Source: Kiloniellaceae bacterium (GTDB lineage: Bacteria; Pseudomonadota; Alphaproteobacteria; Kiloniellales; J153). From it: 64,000 nucleotides of DNA. The notes below the pieces were generated by a model. It made no database searches. It was given only the letters and a program-made list of their open reading frames with translations, and was not told the DNA's origin. The translations under genes were made by a program, and so were the position numbers. This document shows positions 1 through 7,413 of this stretch, piece after piece; the stretch's first letter is position 1; each line of letters starts with the position of its first letter. The stretch lies in contig JAJFGO010000044.1 of the NCBI GenBank assembly GCA_021776095.1, positions 39,080 to 103,079 of the forward strand, given 5' to 3'.

Positions 1-632
1 AAACCCGCCATAGCCCCCGGGTCGTAGCCGGCGCGGGTTAGATAGCGGATGCCGAGCAAGTCGGATTCGTGTTCCTGGTCGCGCGAAAAGCTGCGCAACG
101 CAAGTCCGCCGACGGTGCCAACGGCATCCGAAGCCGCGCTGCCGAACAAGATTCCCAGACCGACCTGCGCGATGTTGGCGGCCATGGCCTGGCCATAGCG
201 CTCGGCACTGTGCCGCGCGGTCACGTGGCCGATCTCGTGCGCCAGGACACCGGCCATCTCCGCCTCGTCGTTAGCAAGCGCTAAGAGCCCACGGGTGATG
301 TAAACGTAACCGCCCGGCAGGGCGAAGGCGTTGACGATCGGCGAATCCAGAATCGTAAAGGTGAAATTCAAGTCGGGCGATTCGGAGGTCTTGGCGAGCA
401 GGCGGCCGACGCTGCCGACATAGGCGTTGAGTTCCGGGGAGTCATAGGCGCCGCCGAATTCCGGGACGATCTTTTGGTGTTCTTGCGCGCCGAGCGCGAC
501 CTCGTCTTCGGCCGACATGCCGCCGGTGAAAAAGGTACGCCCCGTCCCCGGCGCCGTCTCGCATCCGCTCAAAACGGCACCAAGCATTAACAAGGTAACG
601 GCGGCTTTCGCGCGCAAAACCCGCAGACTCAT
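1..632 (-). CDS. M48 family metallopeptidase, lipoprotein; C-terminal part lies outside the window
   Basis: Reverse-strand translation from the ATG at 632 reads MSLRVLRAKAAVTLLMLGAVLSGC... (lipobox LSGC). It later contains ...EMAGVLAHEIGHVTARH, the HExxH zinc motif typical of the M48 family. The ORF runs off the window start. Its ATG overlaps the stop of the upstream thermonuclease gene (ATGA). Confidence 0.8.
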   Translation of the reverse strand, partial: MSLRVLRAKAAVTLLMLGAVLSGCETAPGTGRTFFTGGMSAEDEVALGAQEHQKIVPEFGGAYDSPELNAYVGSVGRLLAKTSESPDLNFTFTILDSPIVNAFALPGGYVYITRGLLALANDEAEMAGVLAHEIGHVTARHSAERYGQAMAANIAQVGLGILFGSAASDAVGTVGGLALRSFSRDQEHESDLLGIRYLTRAGYDPGAMAG

Positions 633-1516
633 GGATCGATCACTTCTAGCTGTTCAGGATGGGTCGCCTCTATCATGGGGCCGTTATAGGACTTTAGCCA
701 GCCGCGGGCGCGCACCTTACGCCCTTCGTAATCCGCCGGATCCAGCCCCGCGGCCTCGAAGCGGCGCCGCGCCGCCGGTCGGATCGTCACTGTGAAGTCC
801 TCGCGCCAATCGTCGCCGAAATTGAGATACGCCTGTCCGCGCACAACCGCAACCGCGCGCACGCGGCCCTCGACCAACTCAAACCCGCCGATGTATCGAT
901 CGGCGTCGTCGGCGCCGCGCACGGCATAGAAGGCATTGGCCCAGATACCGCGCCGCGCCGCGCGCGCCGCACGTTCGTGAGTCAGCATCTCGCGCACCAG
1001 GGCGCGGTTGTCGGCGAAGCTGTAGACCCGCGCCATGCCGAGGCTGAGTAGCTGGCCCTGAATCCACGCACCCTCGGCATCGTAAAGATGCGCCAGGATC
1101 CGGTTGTGCCGGTCGAGGCGGCGCCCGCCATAGGCCAAGGTCAGGGCGCGGCCCAGAGTTAGCGCAGACAAGGCCCGCTTGGCCTTCGCCGCGAGCGGCC
1201 AGGCCTTGAAGCCGGCCCGTCCGAGGGGCAGCTTCGGCGCCTGAATGCCGACCAGTCGAACCTGCCGGCCGTCGTCCAGGACCAGGGTGTCGCCATCGAC
1301 GATCTCCACCACCGCCGCCGTGCCGCCGCCGCTGAGCCCGGCGGGCAGAGCCGGCGCCGGTTCGGCGCGCGCGGCCGGGCCCCAAGACGCGCCCAACAAG
1401 ACCGTTCCGAAAGACAGGACGCCGAAAAAGAACGCGACCGGACCTCCGCGACGCCGGAACCGGCACCGCGCCAAGAGGCCTTCGGCGGCGCCCATGGCCA
1501 GGCGCCGGACCGCCAT
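629..1516 (-). CDS. thermonuclease (SNase-like) family protein, secreted
   Basis: The C-terminal 230 aa of track ORF 629..2371 match the staphylococcal-nuclease fold pattern (VVEIVDGDTLVLDDGRQVRLVGIQAP...DRHNRILAHLY...GIWA). A hydrophobic signal or anchor (VAFFFGVLSFGTVLLGA) follows the start MAVRRLAMG at 1516. The longer upstream extension is antisense to pip and was discarded. Confidence 0.75.
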   Translation of the reverse strand: MAVRRLAMGAAEGLLARCRFRRRGGPVAFFFGVLSFGTVLLGASWGPAARAEPAPALPAGLSGGGTAAVVEIVDGDTLVLDDGRQVRLVGIQAPKLPLGRAGFKAWPLAAKAKRALSALTLGRALTLAYGGRRLDRHNRILAHLYDAEGAWIQGQLLSLGMARVYSFADNRALVREMLTHERAARAARRGIWANAFYAVRGADDADRYIGGFELVEGRVRAVAVVRGQAYLNFGDDWREDFTVTIRPAARRRFEAAGLDPADYEGRKVRARGWLKSYNGPMIEATHPEQLEVIDP

Positions 1517-1585
1517 TGGCAAGGCCACGCCGGGGTGCGATATAGGAAGATCTGCCAGACCCCGTGTTGCATGCGAGCGCCGCGA

Positions 1586-2539
1586 ATGCCCGACCATCCG
1601 TTGTTTCCGCCGATCGAGCCTTTCGAGACCGGCCGCCTGACGCGCGCCGACCCGCATACGATCTATTGGGAACAGTCGGGCAATCCCAAGGGCGCGCCGG
1701 TTGTATTCCTGCACGGTGGACCTGGTGCCGGCGCCTCGCCCGACCACCGCCGGTTCTTCGATCCGCGGCACTACCGGATCGTGATCTTCGATCAGCGCGG
1801 CGCCGGGCGCTCGACGCCCCTGGGGGAAATCGCCGGCAACACGACCCAAGACCTGATCGGCGACATGGAGGCCTTGCGCGAGCACCTGGGCATCGCCCGC
1901 TGGTCGGTGTTCGGCGGGTCCTGGGGCTCGACCCTGGCGCTCGCCTACGCCCAGGCGCACCCGGAGCGGGTCACCGGCCTGATCCTGCGCGGCATATTTT
2001 TGTGCAGCACGGCGGAGATCGACTGGTTTCTCTATGGCATGCGTTGGATTCATCCCGAGGCCTGGCGCCGCTTCGCCGAGCCGATTCCGGACGCGGAACG
2101 CGGCGACCTCTTGAACGCCTATTACCGCCGGCTGGTCGATCCGGACCCGGATGTGCATCTGCCCGCCGCCCGGGCCTGGAGCGCCTATGAAGGCGCCTGC
2201 TGCACCCTTCTGCCCAGTCCGGAGACGGTCGCGGCGTTCTCGCGCGATCAGATGGCCCTCGGCCTGGCCCGGATCGAGGCCCATTACTTCACCAACGGAA
2301 TTTTCATGACGGACGGGCAGATCTTGCGCGACATCGACCGCATCCGGCGTATCCCCAGCGTTATCGTCCAAGGCCGATACGACATCGTCTGCCCTATTGC
2401 AACGGCGGACTCACTGCATCATGCTTGGCCGGAGGCCGATTACGCGATCGTGCCCGATGCCGGCCACTCGGCCATGGAACCGGGGATACGGCGGGCGCTG
2501 GTCGCCGCGACCGAAAGGTTCAAGCAAAATACATCTTAG
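1586..2539 (+). CDS. pip: prolyl aminopeptidase (proline iminopeptidase)
   Basis: MPDHPLFPPIEPFETGRL...IYWEQSGNPKGAPVVFLHGGPGAG...FDQRGAGRSTP...GGSWGSTLALAYAQAHPERV is the characteristic alpha/beta-hydrolase pip signature. The start was moved to the ATG at 1586. Confidence 0.9.
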   Translation: MPDHPLFPPIEPFETGRLTRADPHTIYWEQSGNPKGAPVVFLHGGPGAGASPDHRRFFDPRHYRIVIFDQRGAGRSTPLGEIAGNTTQDLIGDMEALREHLGIARWSVFGGSWGSTLALAYAQAHPERVTGLILRGIFLCSTAEIDWFLYGMRWIHPEAWRRFAEPIPDAERGDLLNAYYRRLVDPDPDVHLPAARAWSAYEGACCTLLPSPETVAAFSRDQMALGLARIEAHYFTNGIFMTDGQILRDIDRIRRIPSVIVQGRYDIVCPIATADSLHHAWPEADYAIVPDAGHSAMEPGIRRALVAATERFKQNTS

Positions 2540-2655
2540 GCACGACTGCCTGGGCTCGCGCGAAACTGGAACGCCAGACCGCGATGTGAAACAGTATATC
2601 CCAGATTAGGGAACCGTGGCCGGCGCCAAACGCTGCCGATGTTGGGGGAGTTTTT

Positions 2656-3174
2656 ATGAATACTGTTTGCCGGATCCTTGGCGCGTTCGCGGCCAGCGTC
2701 CTTCTCGTTGCGGCGCCCGCCTGGGCGGACCCGGGGGAAGAGACCGGGTTTCTGGCCTTGGGTGCGGGCTATTACGATTTCGACGGCGGCGATGACGACG
2801 CGGCCGATTTCCGCCTCGACTACCGGCACGGCCAGGGCTTGTACTTCGTCAAACCCTGGGTCGGCCTTCAAGCAACCAGCGACGGCGCTGTCTGGGGCGG
2901 CGGCGGCATCTATATCGATATCCCGATTTACGAGCGCTTCTACTTGACCGGAACCTTTGGCGCCGGCGGCTATAGCGATGGCGATGGCAAGGACCTGGGC
3001 CATACAATCGAGTTCCGCTCCCAGGCGGAGGCAACGTACCGATTCGAAAACGGCATGCGCCTAGGCGTGGCGATCAGCCATCTCTCGAACGCCGGCCTGG
3101 ACGACCGAAACCCCGGAGTCAACATCCTGAGCGCCATGTACATACTGCCGCTCAGCAGCATCATTCCCGAATAG
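2656..3174 (+). CDS. acyloxyacyl hydrolase / lipid A 3-O-deacylase (PagL)-like outer-membrane protein
   Basis: Has a signal peptide (VLLVAAPAWA|DP), a beta-barrel-like alternating pattern, and the conserved ISHLSNAG (His-x-Ser-Asn) motif of the PagL / acyloxyacyl hydrolase family. Confidence 0.7.
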   Translation: MNTVCRILGAFAASVLLVAAPAWADPGEETGFLALGAGYYDFDGGDDDAADFRLDYRHGQGLYFVKPWVGLQATSDGAVWGGGGIYIDIPIYERFYLTGTFGAGGYSDGDGKDLGHTIEFRSQAEATYRFENGMRLGVAISHLSNAGLDDRNPGVNILSAMYILPLSSIIPE

Positions 3175-3212
3175 CCCGGCCAGCCGCGCGTCGACGTTCG
3201 ACGCGATCCGCC

Positions 3213-4316
3213 CTAGCGGTAAACCGCCACAGCTTCACCTAAGGCGTCCCAGTTCGGCGCGATGCCGAGGCCGGGTTCGCTTGAGGCGCTCATGCGCCCG
3301 TTTTGGCGTTGCGGCGCGCCGCTGGCATTGCTCACCGTGACGTAGCTATTGAAATCGGTCGAGGTGAAGCGGAAGCGTTCCGGTGTCGAATGGGCCAGGT
3401 GGGCGATCGCCGCAGTGACGATATCGCCGCCCCAGCTGTCCTCCAGCGTCATGGGGATACCGAGCGAGACGCAAACATCGCGCATGACCCGCGCCTTCGA
3501 CAAACCGCCAACCTTGGAGATCTTGATGTTGATCGCGTCGATCGCGCCGTCAGCGTGGGCCCGCAGCAGCATGTCGAGCCCATCGATGTTCTCGTCCAGG
3601 ATGAAAGGCAGTGCGGTACGCCGGCGGATGCTGAGCGAGTCCTCGTACGACCGGCAGGGTTGCTCCACATAGACATCGAGATCGGCAATGGCGTTCACGA
3701 CCCGCGCAGCCTCGTGCGCCTGCCAGCCGGTGTTGGCGTCGGCAACTAGGATTTCATCGGGCGACAGAATCGCGCGGACCGCGCGGATGCGCGCGATATC
3801 GTCGTTTGGCGCGCCGCCGACCTTAAGTTGGAAGCGCCGGTAACCCTGGTCGCGATACAGTTGCACATTCTGCGCCATGGCCTCGGCCGAGCCCTGACTG
3901 ATCGCCCGATAAAGCGCCACGCTCTCGCCCTGGCGGCCGCCCATCAATTGGCAGACCGGCGCGCCCAACGACTTGCCGAGCAGGTCCCAGCAGGCCATGT
4001 CGATCGGCGACTTGACGTAAGGGTGACCCAGCAAGGCCTGGTCCATCACCCGGTTGATGCCGGTCAGGTCGCAGGGGTCGTGGCCCAGAATGTGCGGCGC
4101 CAACTCCTCGATCCCGGCACGGGCGCCCTTGCCGAAGGCCGGCAGGTAGAACGGCCCCAGGGGACAGACCTCGCCGTAGCCTTCGAGACCTTCGTCGGTT
4201 TCCAGGGCAATCGCGGTGCTGTCGAAGACCTCGACGTATTTGCCGTCGGCCCAGGCGTAACGCCCCTCGGCCAGCGGCAAGTCGGTCTGATAAATGCGGA
4301 TCGCGGTAATTTTCAT
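3213..4316 (-). CDS. enolase-superfamily enzyme (mandelate racemase / muconate lactonizing family; possibly a proline-betaine/hydroxyproline epimerase-dehydratase type)
   Basis: [15 protein letters not shown]...[12 protein letters not shown]...FQLKVGG...ADANTGW...VEQPC...LDENI...[11 protein letters not shown] is the typical MR/MLE barrel with metal ligands (D, E, D). Substrate cannot be assigned from sequence. Confidence 0.8.
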   Translation of the reverse strand: MKITAIRIYQTDLPLAEGRYAWADGKYVEVFDSTAIALETDEGLEGYGEVCPLGPFYLPAFGKGARAGIEELAPHILGHDPCDLTGINRVMDQALLGHPYVKSPIDMACWDLLGKSLGAPVCQLMGGRQGESVALYRAISQGSAEAMAQNVQLYRDQGYRRFQLKVGGAPNDDIARIRAVRAILSPDEILVADANTGWQAHEAARVVNAIADLDVYVEQPCRSYEDSLSIRRRTALPFILDENIDGLDMLLRAHADGAIDAINIKISKVGGLSKARVMRDVCVSLGIPMTLEDSWGGDIVTAAIAHLAHSTPERFRFTSTDFNSYVTVSNASGAPQRQNGRMSASSEPGLGIAPNWDALGEAVAVYR

Positions 4317-4486
4317 GGGTCGTCCGTGGTTACGGCGGTCTAACGAATTTTGGCCAGGAGCCGCCTAGTGCGGTCCGAGCGCTGCACGCCGGAAATTTGC
4401 GACGGCGCGCCGGACTCTGCAAGGATTAGAACGGAATGGCGGCCGACCAGCCCGGCAAAGTGGCCGGCCCGGGGGGGCAAATCACC

Positions 4487-5047
4487 TCAGGCGGCGACGC
4501 TGCGCAGCTCGTGCAAGCAGCGCAAGAAGGCCGCGACCGCGCGTTCGGGTGAGGTGTCGTTGATCAGGGTCGTGACGTCGGGGCCGTCCAGATCAAAGGC
4601 GGTGGCCCGCCGCAGCCGGCCGGCGACATCCTCGTCCCGTTCACGGCCACGCGCGGCGAGGCGGCGTTGCAACAGGCGCTCCGGCGCGCTCACAGTAATG
4701 ACCGCCAGCGGCGAAAAGCGCTGGCGCGCCTCGGGGACCATGCCCCGCGACGCATTGACCACCACGGTGCGCCCGGCGGCGAGGGCATCCTCAATTCCAC
4801 GCGGAACGCCATAGCCCAGACCATGGGCGCGCCAGGACAAGGCGTAGGCGCCGCGCGCCTGGCGCTCGGCGAACTGGGCCTCGGAGATCGGGACATGGCT
4901 CTCGCTCCTGTCCCCGGCGGGCCGGGTGATCTCGCGCAACGGAAAGACAAAGCGCCATTGGCCGGCGAGCGCCGCCTTGGCGCCCCCGATCAGGGTGTCC
5001 TTGCCGGCGCCCGAAGGGCCAACGATCAGAGTCAAGGTGCCGGTCAT
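4487..5047 (-). CDS. phnN: ribose 1,5-bisphosphate phosphokinase PhnN
   Basis: LIVGPSGAGKDTL P-loop, ...ESHVPISEAQF...ALSWRAHGLGYGVP...VVVNASR...RLAARGRE... is collinear with E. coli PhnN as I recall it. No other phn genes are in the window. Confidence 0.8.
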   Translation of the reverse strand: MTGTLTLIVGPSGAGKDTLIGGAKAALAGQWRFVFPLREITRPAGDRSESHVPISEAQFAERQARGAYALSWRAHGLGYGVPRGIEDALAAGRTVVVNASRGMVPEARQRFSPLAVITVSAPERLLQRRLAARGRERDEDVAGRLRRATAFDLDGPDVTTLINDTSPERAVAAFLRCLHELRSVAA

Positions 5048-5272
5048 GTCCGCTCGAAATGTTCCCGAATGGCGCAGGCGACGCGCCGGTCTGGGGCTTC
5101 ATACCCTGCTTTCCATGATAACCGTATGACGTTAACGGGCGTTTTACGCCGGCCCGCGCCAGGGTGGCTCTTGACCTGAATCAATGCCTGGTCCGGCCCC
5201 AAAGGTGTAAACAAATCAAATAGTCAGGGTGCGATATGCAGGGTGAGGGGATAGCCCGCGTCCACGAATTAA

Positions 5273-5536
5273 ATGGGGAAGGCGAAAGACATGACCGCTG
5301 CAAAAGCGCCAGTGACGCGCGCGCAAGTCGCTGAAATCGCCGGCCGACTCGACGACTTCAAGGTCGTCGCGATTCTCGAGGCCGGGGCAAGCGTCGAGGA
5401 CCTGGAGGAAGCCGCCGCCTGGGCGATAGGAGAAAGCGATGTCATGGCCGCCATGCGTTTGCGCGCGACCCCAACCGTCAAGGCGCTCTACGATATCCTG
5501 ACCGCGGAGCAAAATTTCCCCGAAGATCGCGACTAG
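5273..5536 (+). CDS. small acidic hypothetical protein (81-87 aa)
   Basis: ORF with coding-like codon usage immediately upstream of pncB. The internal ATG at 5291 has a better RBS (GGAAGG about 8 nt upstream). No recognisable family. Confidence 0.45.
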   Translation: MGKAKDMTAAKAPVTRAQVAEIAGRLDDFKVVAILEAGASVEDLEEAAAWAIGESDVMAAMRLRATPTVKALYDILTAEQNFPEDRD

Positions 5537-5577
5537 AACCGGCACCGCCTCGGCCCCGGCCCGGGCGCAGCAAGCCC

Positions 5578-6933
5578 ATGACAGCGAATTTCGGCGCCAG
5601 CCTCCTGCTTACCGATCTGTACCAGTTGAACATGATGCAGGCCTATTTGGAGCGCGGCCTGAACGCGCCCGCGGTGTTCGAATTCTTTGTGCGCAAACTG
5701 CCGGAACGGCGCGGTTTCCTGATGGCGGCCGGGCTGGAACAGGCCTTGGCGTTTCTGGAGAACCTTCATTTCTCCGAGGAGGATCTGGATTGGTTGGGCC
5801 GCACGGGCCGCTTCTCCACGGACTTCGTCGACGACCTCGCCGCGCTTCGTTTCACCGGCGACGTCCACGCCATGGCCGAGGGCACAGTGTTCTTCCCGGA
5901 TCAACCGATCCTACGCGTCACCGCACCCCTGCCAGTCGCCCAACTGGTCGAGACCCGCCTGATCAACCTGCTCCATTTCGAAACGCTCATCGCCTCCAAG
6001 GCGGCGCGCATGGTCCTGGCCGCGCCGGGCAAGACCCTTATCGACTTTGGCTTGCGTCGGGCCCATGGCGCGGAGGCGGGCCTGCTGGCCGCGCGCGCCG
6101 CGACCATCGCCGGCTTCGCGGGTTCCGCCACCATGTTGGCACAACGTGCTTTTGGGGTTCCGATCTTCGGCACCATGGCCCATTCCTTCATCCAGGCGCA
6201 CGACGACGAATCGGCGGCCTTCGAGAACTTTGCCCGATCGCGCCCCGATAACGTCGTGCTGCTGATCGACACCTACGATACCGAGGCAGGCGCGCGCAAA
6301 GTCGTGGCCCTGGCGCCAAAGCTGCGCGACGAGGGCATCGAGATACGCGGCGTGCGGCTCGACAGCGGCGATTTGGGCGCCCACGCCTTCAAGGTCCGCC
6401 GCATACTCGATGACGGCGACCTCCCACAGGTCCAGATATTCGCCAGCGGCGGAATTGACGAAGATATCTTGCTGAGCCTTGGCGCGCGCGGCGCGCCGAT
6501 CGACGGCTACGGAATCGGCACCGCGCTGACCACGTCCTGCGACGCGGCGGCGCTAGACTGTGCCTACAAGCTGCAGGAGTACGCCGGAGTCGCGCGGCGC
6601 AAGCGCTCAGAAGGCAAGGCGACCTGGCCCGGGCGCAAACAGGTTTATCGGCAATACGGCACGGATGGCGTCATGGCCGGCGACGTGCTGACCCTGGAAG
6701 ACGACCGGCGGGACGGCGAAGCCCTGATCGTTACGGTCATGCGCGCCGGGGTCCGCCTTGGTCCCGCGCCCGGCCTGGTGGACATGCGCGCGGGTGCGGC
6801 CCGGCAACTCGCGCGCCTGCCGGCCCCAATGTGCGCCCTAAAGATGGGCACGGATTATCCAGTGGAGATTTCGCCCGCACTGCGCGCGCTGGCCAGACAG
6901 TGCGACCGGCGCATCTCCGCGCCCGGCCGCTAG
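5578..6933 (+). CDS. pncB: nicotinate phosphoribosyltransferase
   Basis: LLTDLYQLNMMQAYL...FEFFVRKLP...GTMAHSFIQAH...DTYDT...GVRLDSGDL is the NAPRTase family signature. Confidence 0.9.
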   Translation: MTANFGASLLLTDLYQLNMMQAYLERGLNAPAVFEFFVRKLPERRGFLMAAGLEQALAFLENLHFSEEDLDWLGRTGRFSTDFVDDLAALRFTGDVHAMAEGTVFFPDQPILRVTAPLPVAQLVETRLINLLHFETLIASKAARMVLAAPGKTLIDFGLRRAHGAEAGLLAARAATIAGFAGSATMLAQRAFGVPIFGTMAHSFIQAHDDESAAFENFARSRPDNVVLLIDTYDTEAGARKVVALAPKLRDEGIEIRGVRLDSGDLGAHAFKVRRILDDGDLPQVQIFASGGIDEDILLSLGARGAPIDGYGIGTALTTSCDAAALDCAYKLQEYAGVARRKRSEGKATWPGRKQVYRQYGTDGVMAGDVLTLEDDRRDGEALIVTVMRAGVRLGPAPGLVDMRAGAARQLARLPAPMCALKMGTDYPVEISPALRALARQCDRRISAPGR

Positions 6934-6985
6934 CGCACGATACGATTCGGTCCAATCGGACCAGACCCCTAAGCTAACAACAGCC

Positions 6986-7186
6986 CTAGCCGTGCAGTTG
7001 CACCGGCGGACAAGGCACAGTGCCGTAGGAGCAGAAAACACAGCAGTCGCCCGCCTTGGGTCGCAACAGGACCTGGCAGCCGGCGCAGTCGTGGAAATAC
7101 AGACAGGCGTCCAGCGGCATGTCCATCTCCTGCCGGTGGCCGCAGTCGGGGCAGGTCAGGACCGATCGGGCGATCACCGCGCTCAT
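6986..7186 (-). CDS. GDCCVxC domain-containing small metal-binding protein (66 aa)
   Basis: MSAVIARSVLTCPDCGHRQEMDMPLDACLYFHDCAGCQVLLRPKAGDCCVFCSYGTVPCPP has an N-terminal CxxC and a C-terminal GDCCVFC motif. The start at 7186 overlaps the stop of the upstream merF-like gene (ATGA). The track ORF 6986..7339 extension was rejected. Confidence 0.75.
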   Translation of the reverse strand: MSAVIARSVLTCPDCGHRQEMDMPLDACLYFHDCAGCQVLLRPKAGDCCVFCSYGTVPCPPVQLHG

Positions 7187-7392
7187 TGCGGCCCGCGCCG
7201 GGCGCGCGCCGCAAAGGCATAGACGGTCAATCCGGCGAAACCGGCCAGCGCCGGGAAGAGAACATAGTCGAGCCATCCGACCAAAGCCGAAAGCCCGAGC
7301 GCGGCCAAGAGGACGACCAGGACCGGCGTGAATCAGCAAAGCGCGACGATCGCCGTGCCGATCAAGCCCGTGCCTAGGAGTCTATTGCTCAT
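7183..7392 (-). CDS. merF: MerF-like mercury/heavy-metal transporter with in-frame TGA at the vicinal-cysteine motif (candidate selenoprotein, 69 aa)
   Basis: From the ATG at 7392 (RBS AAGGAC 7 nt upstream): MSNRLLGTGLIGTAIVALC-[TGA at 7335..7333]-FTPVLVVLLAALGLSALVGWLDYVLFPALAGFAGLTVYAFAARARRGPQ. This is collinear with MerF (..IIGTTLVALCCFTPVLVILLGVVGLSALTGYLDYVLLPALAIFIGLTIYA..). The TGA sits exactly at the second Cys of the CC pair. The gene is absent from the ORF track because of the TGA. Confidence 0.6.
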
Positions 7393-7413
7393 GCGCACGT
7401 CCTTACGGATCGG

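Noticed and set aside
629-2371. A 580-aa ORF on the minus strand spanning the whole pip region.
   Set aside because: Only the last about 295 codons (629-1516) look like a real protein (thermonuclease fold with a signal peptide). The upstream part is antisense to the clearly genuine pip gene and has Arg/Gly/Ala/Pro-rich composition, typical of high-G+C shadow ORFs.
7302-7325. A candidate SECIS hairpin downstream of the merF-like UGA.
   Set aside because: Only a 5-bp stem with a 14-nt loop containing GGUC can be drawn by eye. That is too weak to annotate as a feature. It is mentioned in the finding as something to test computationally.
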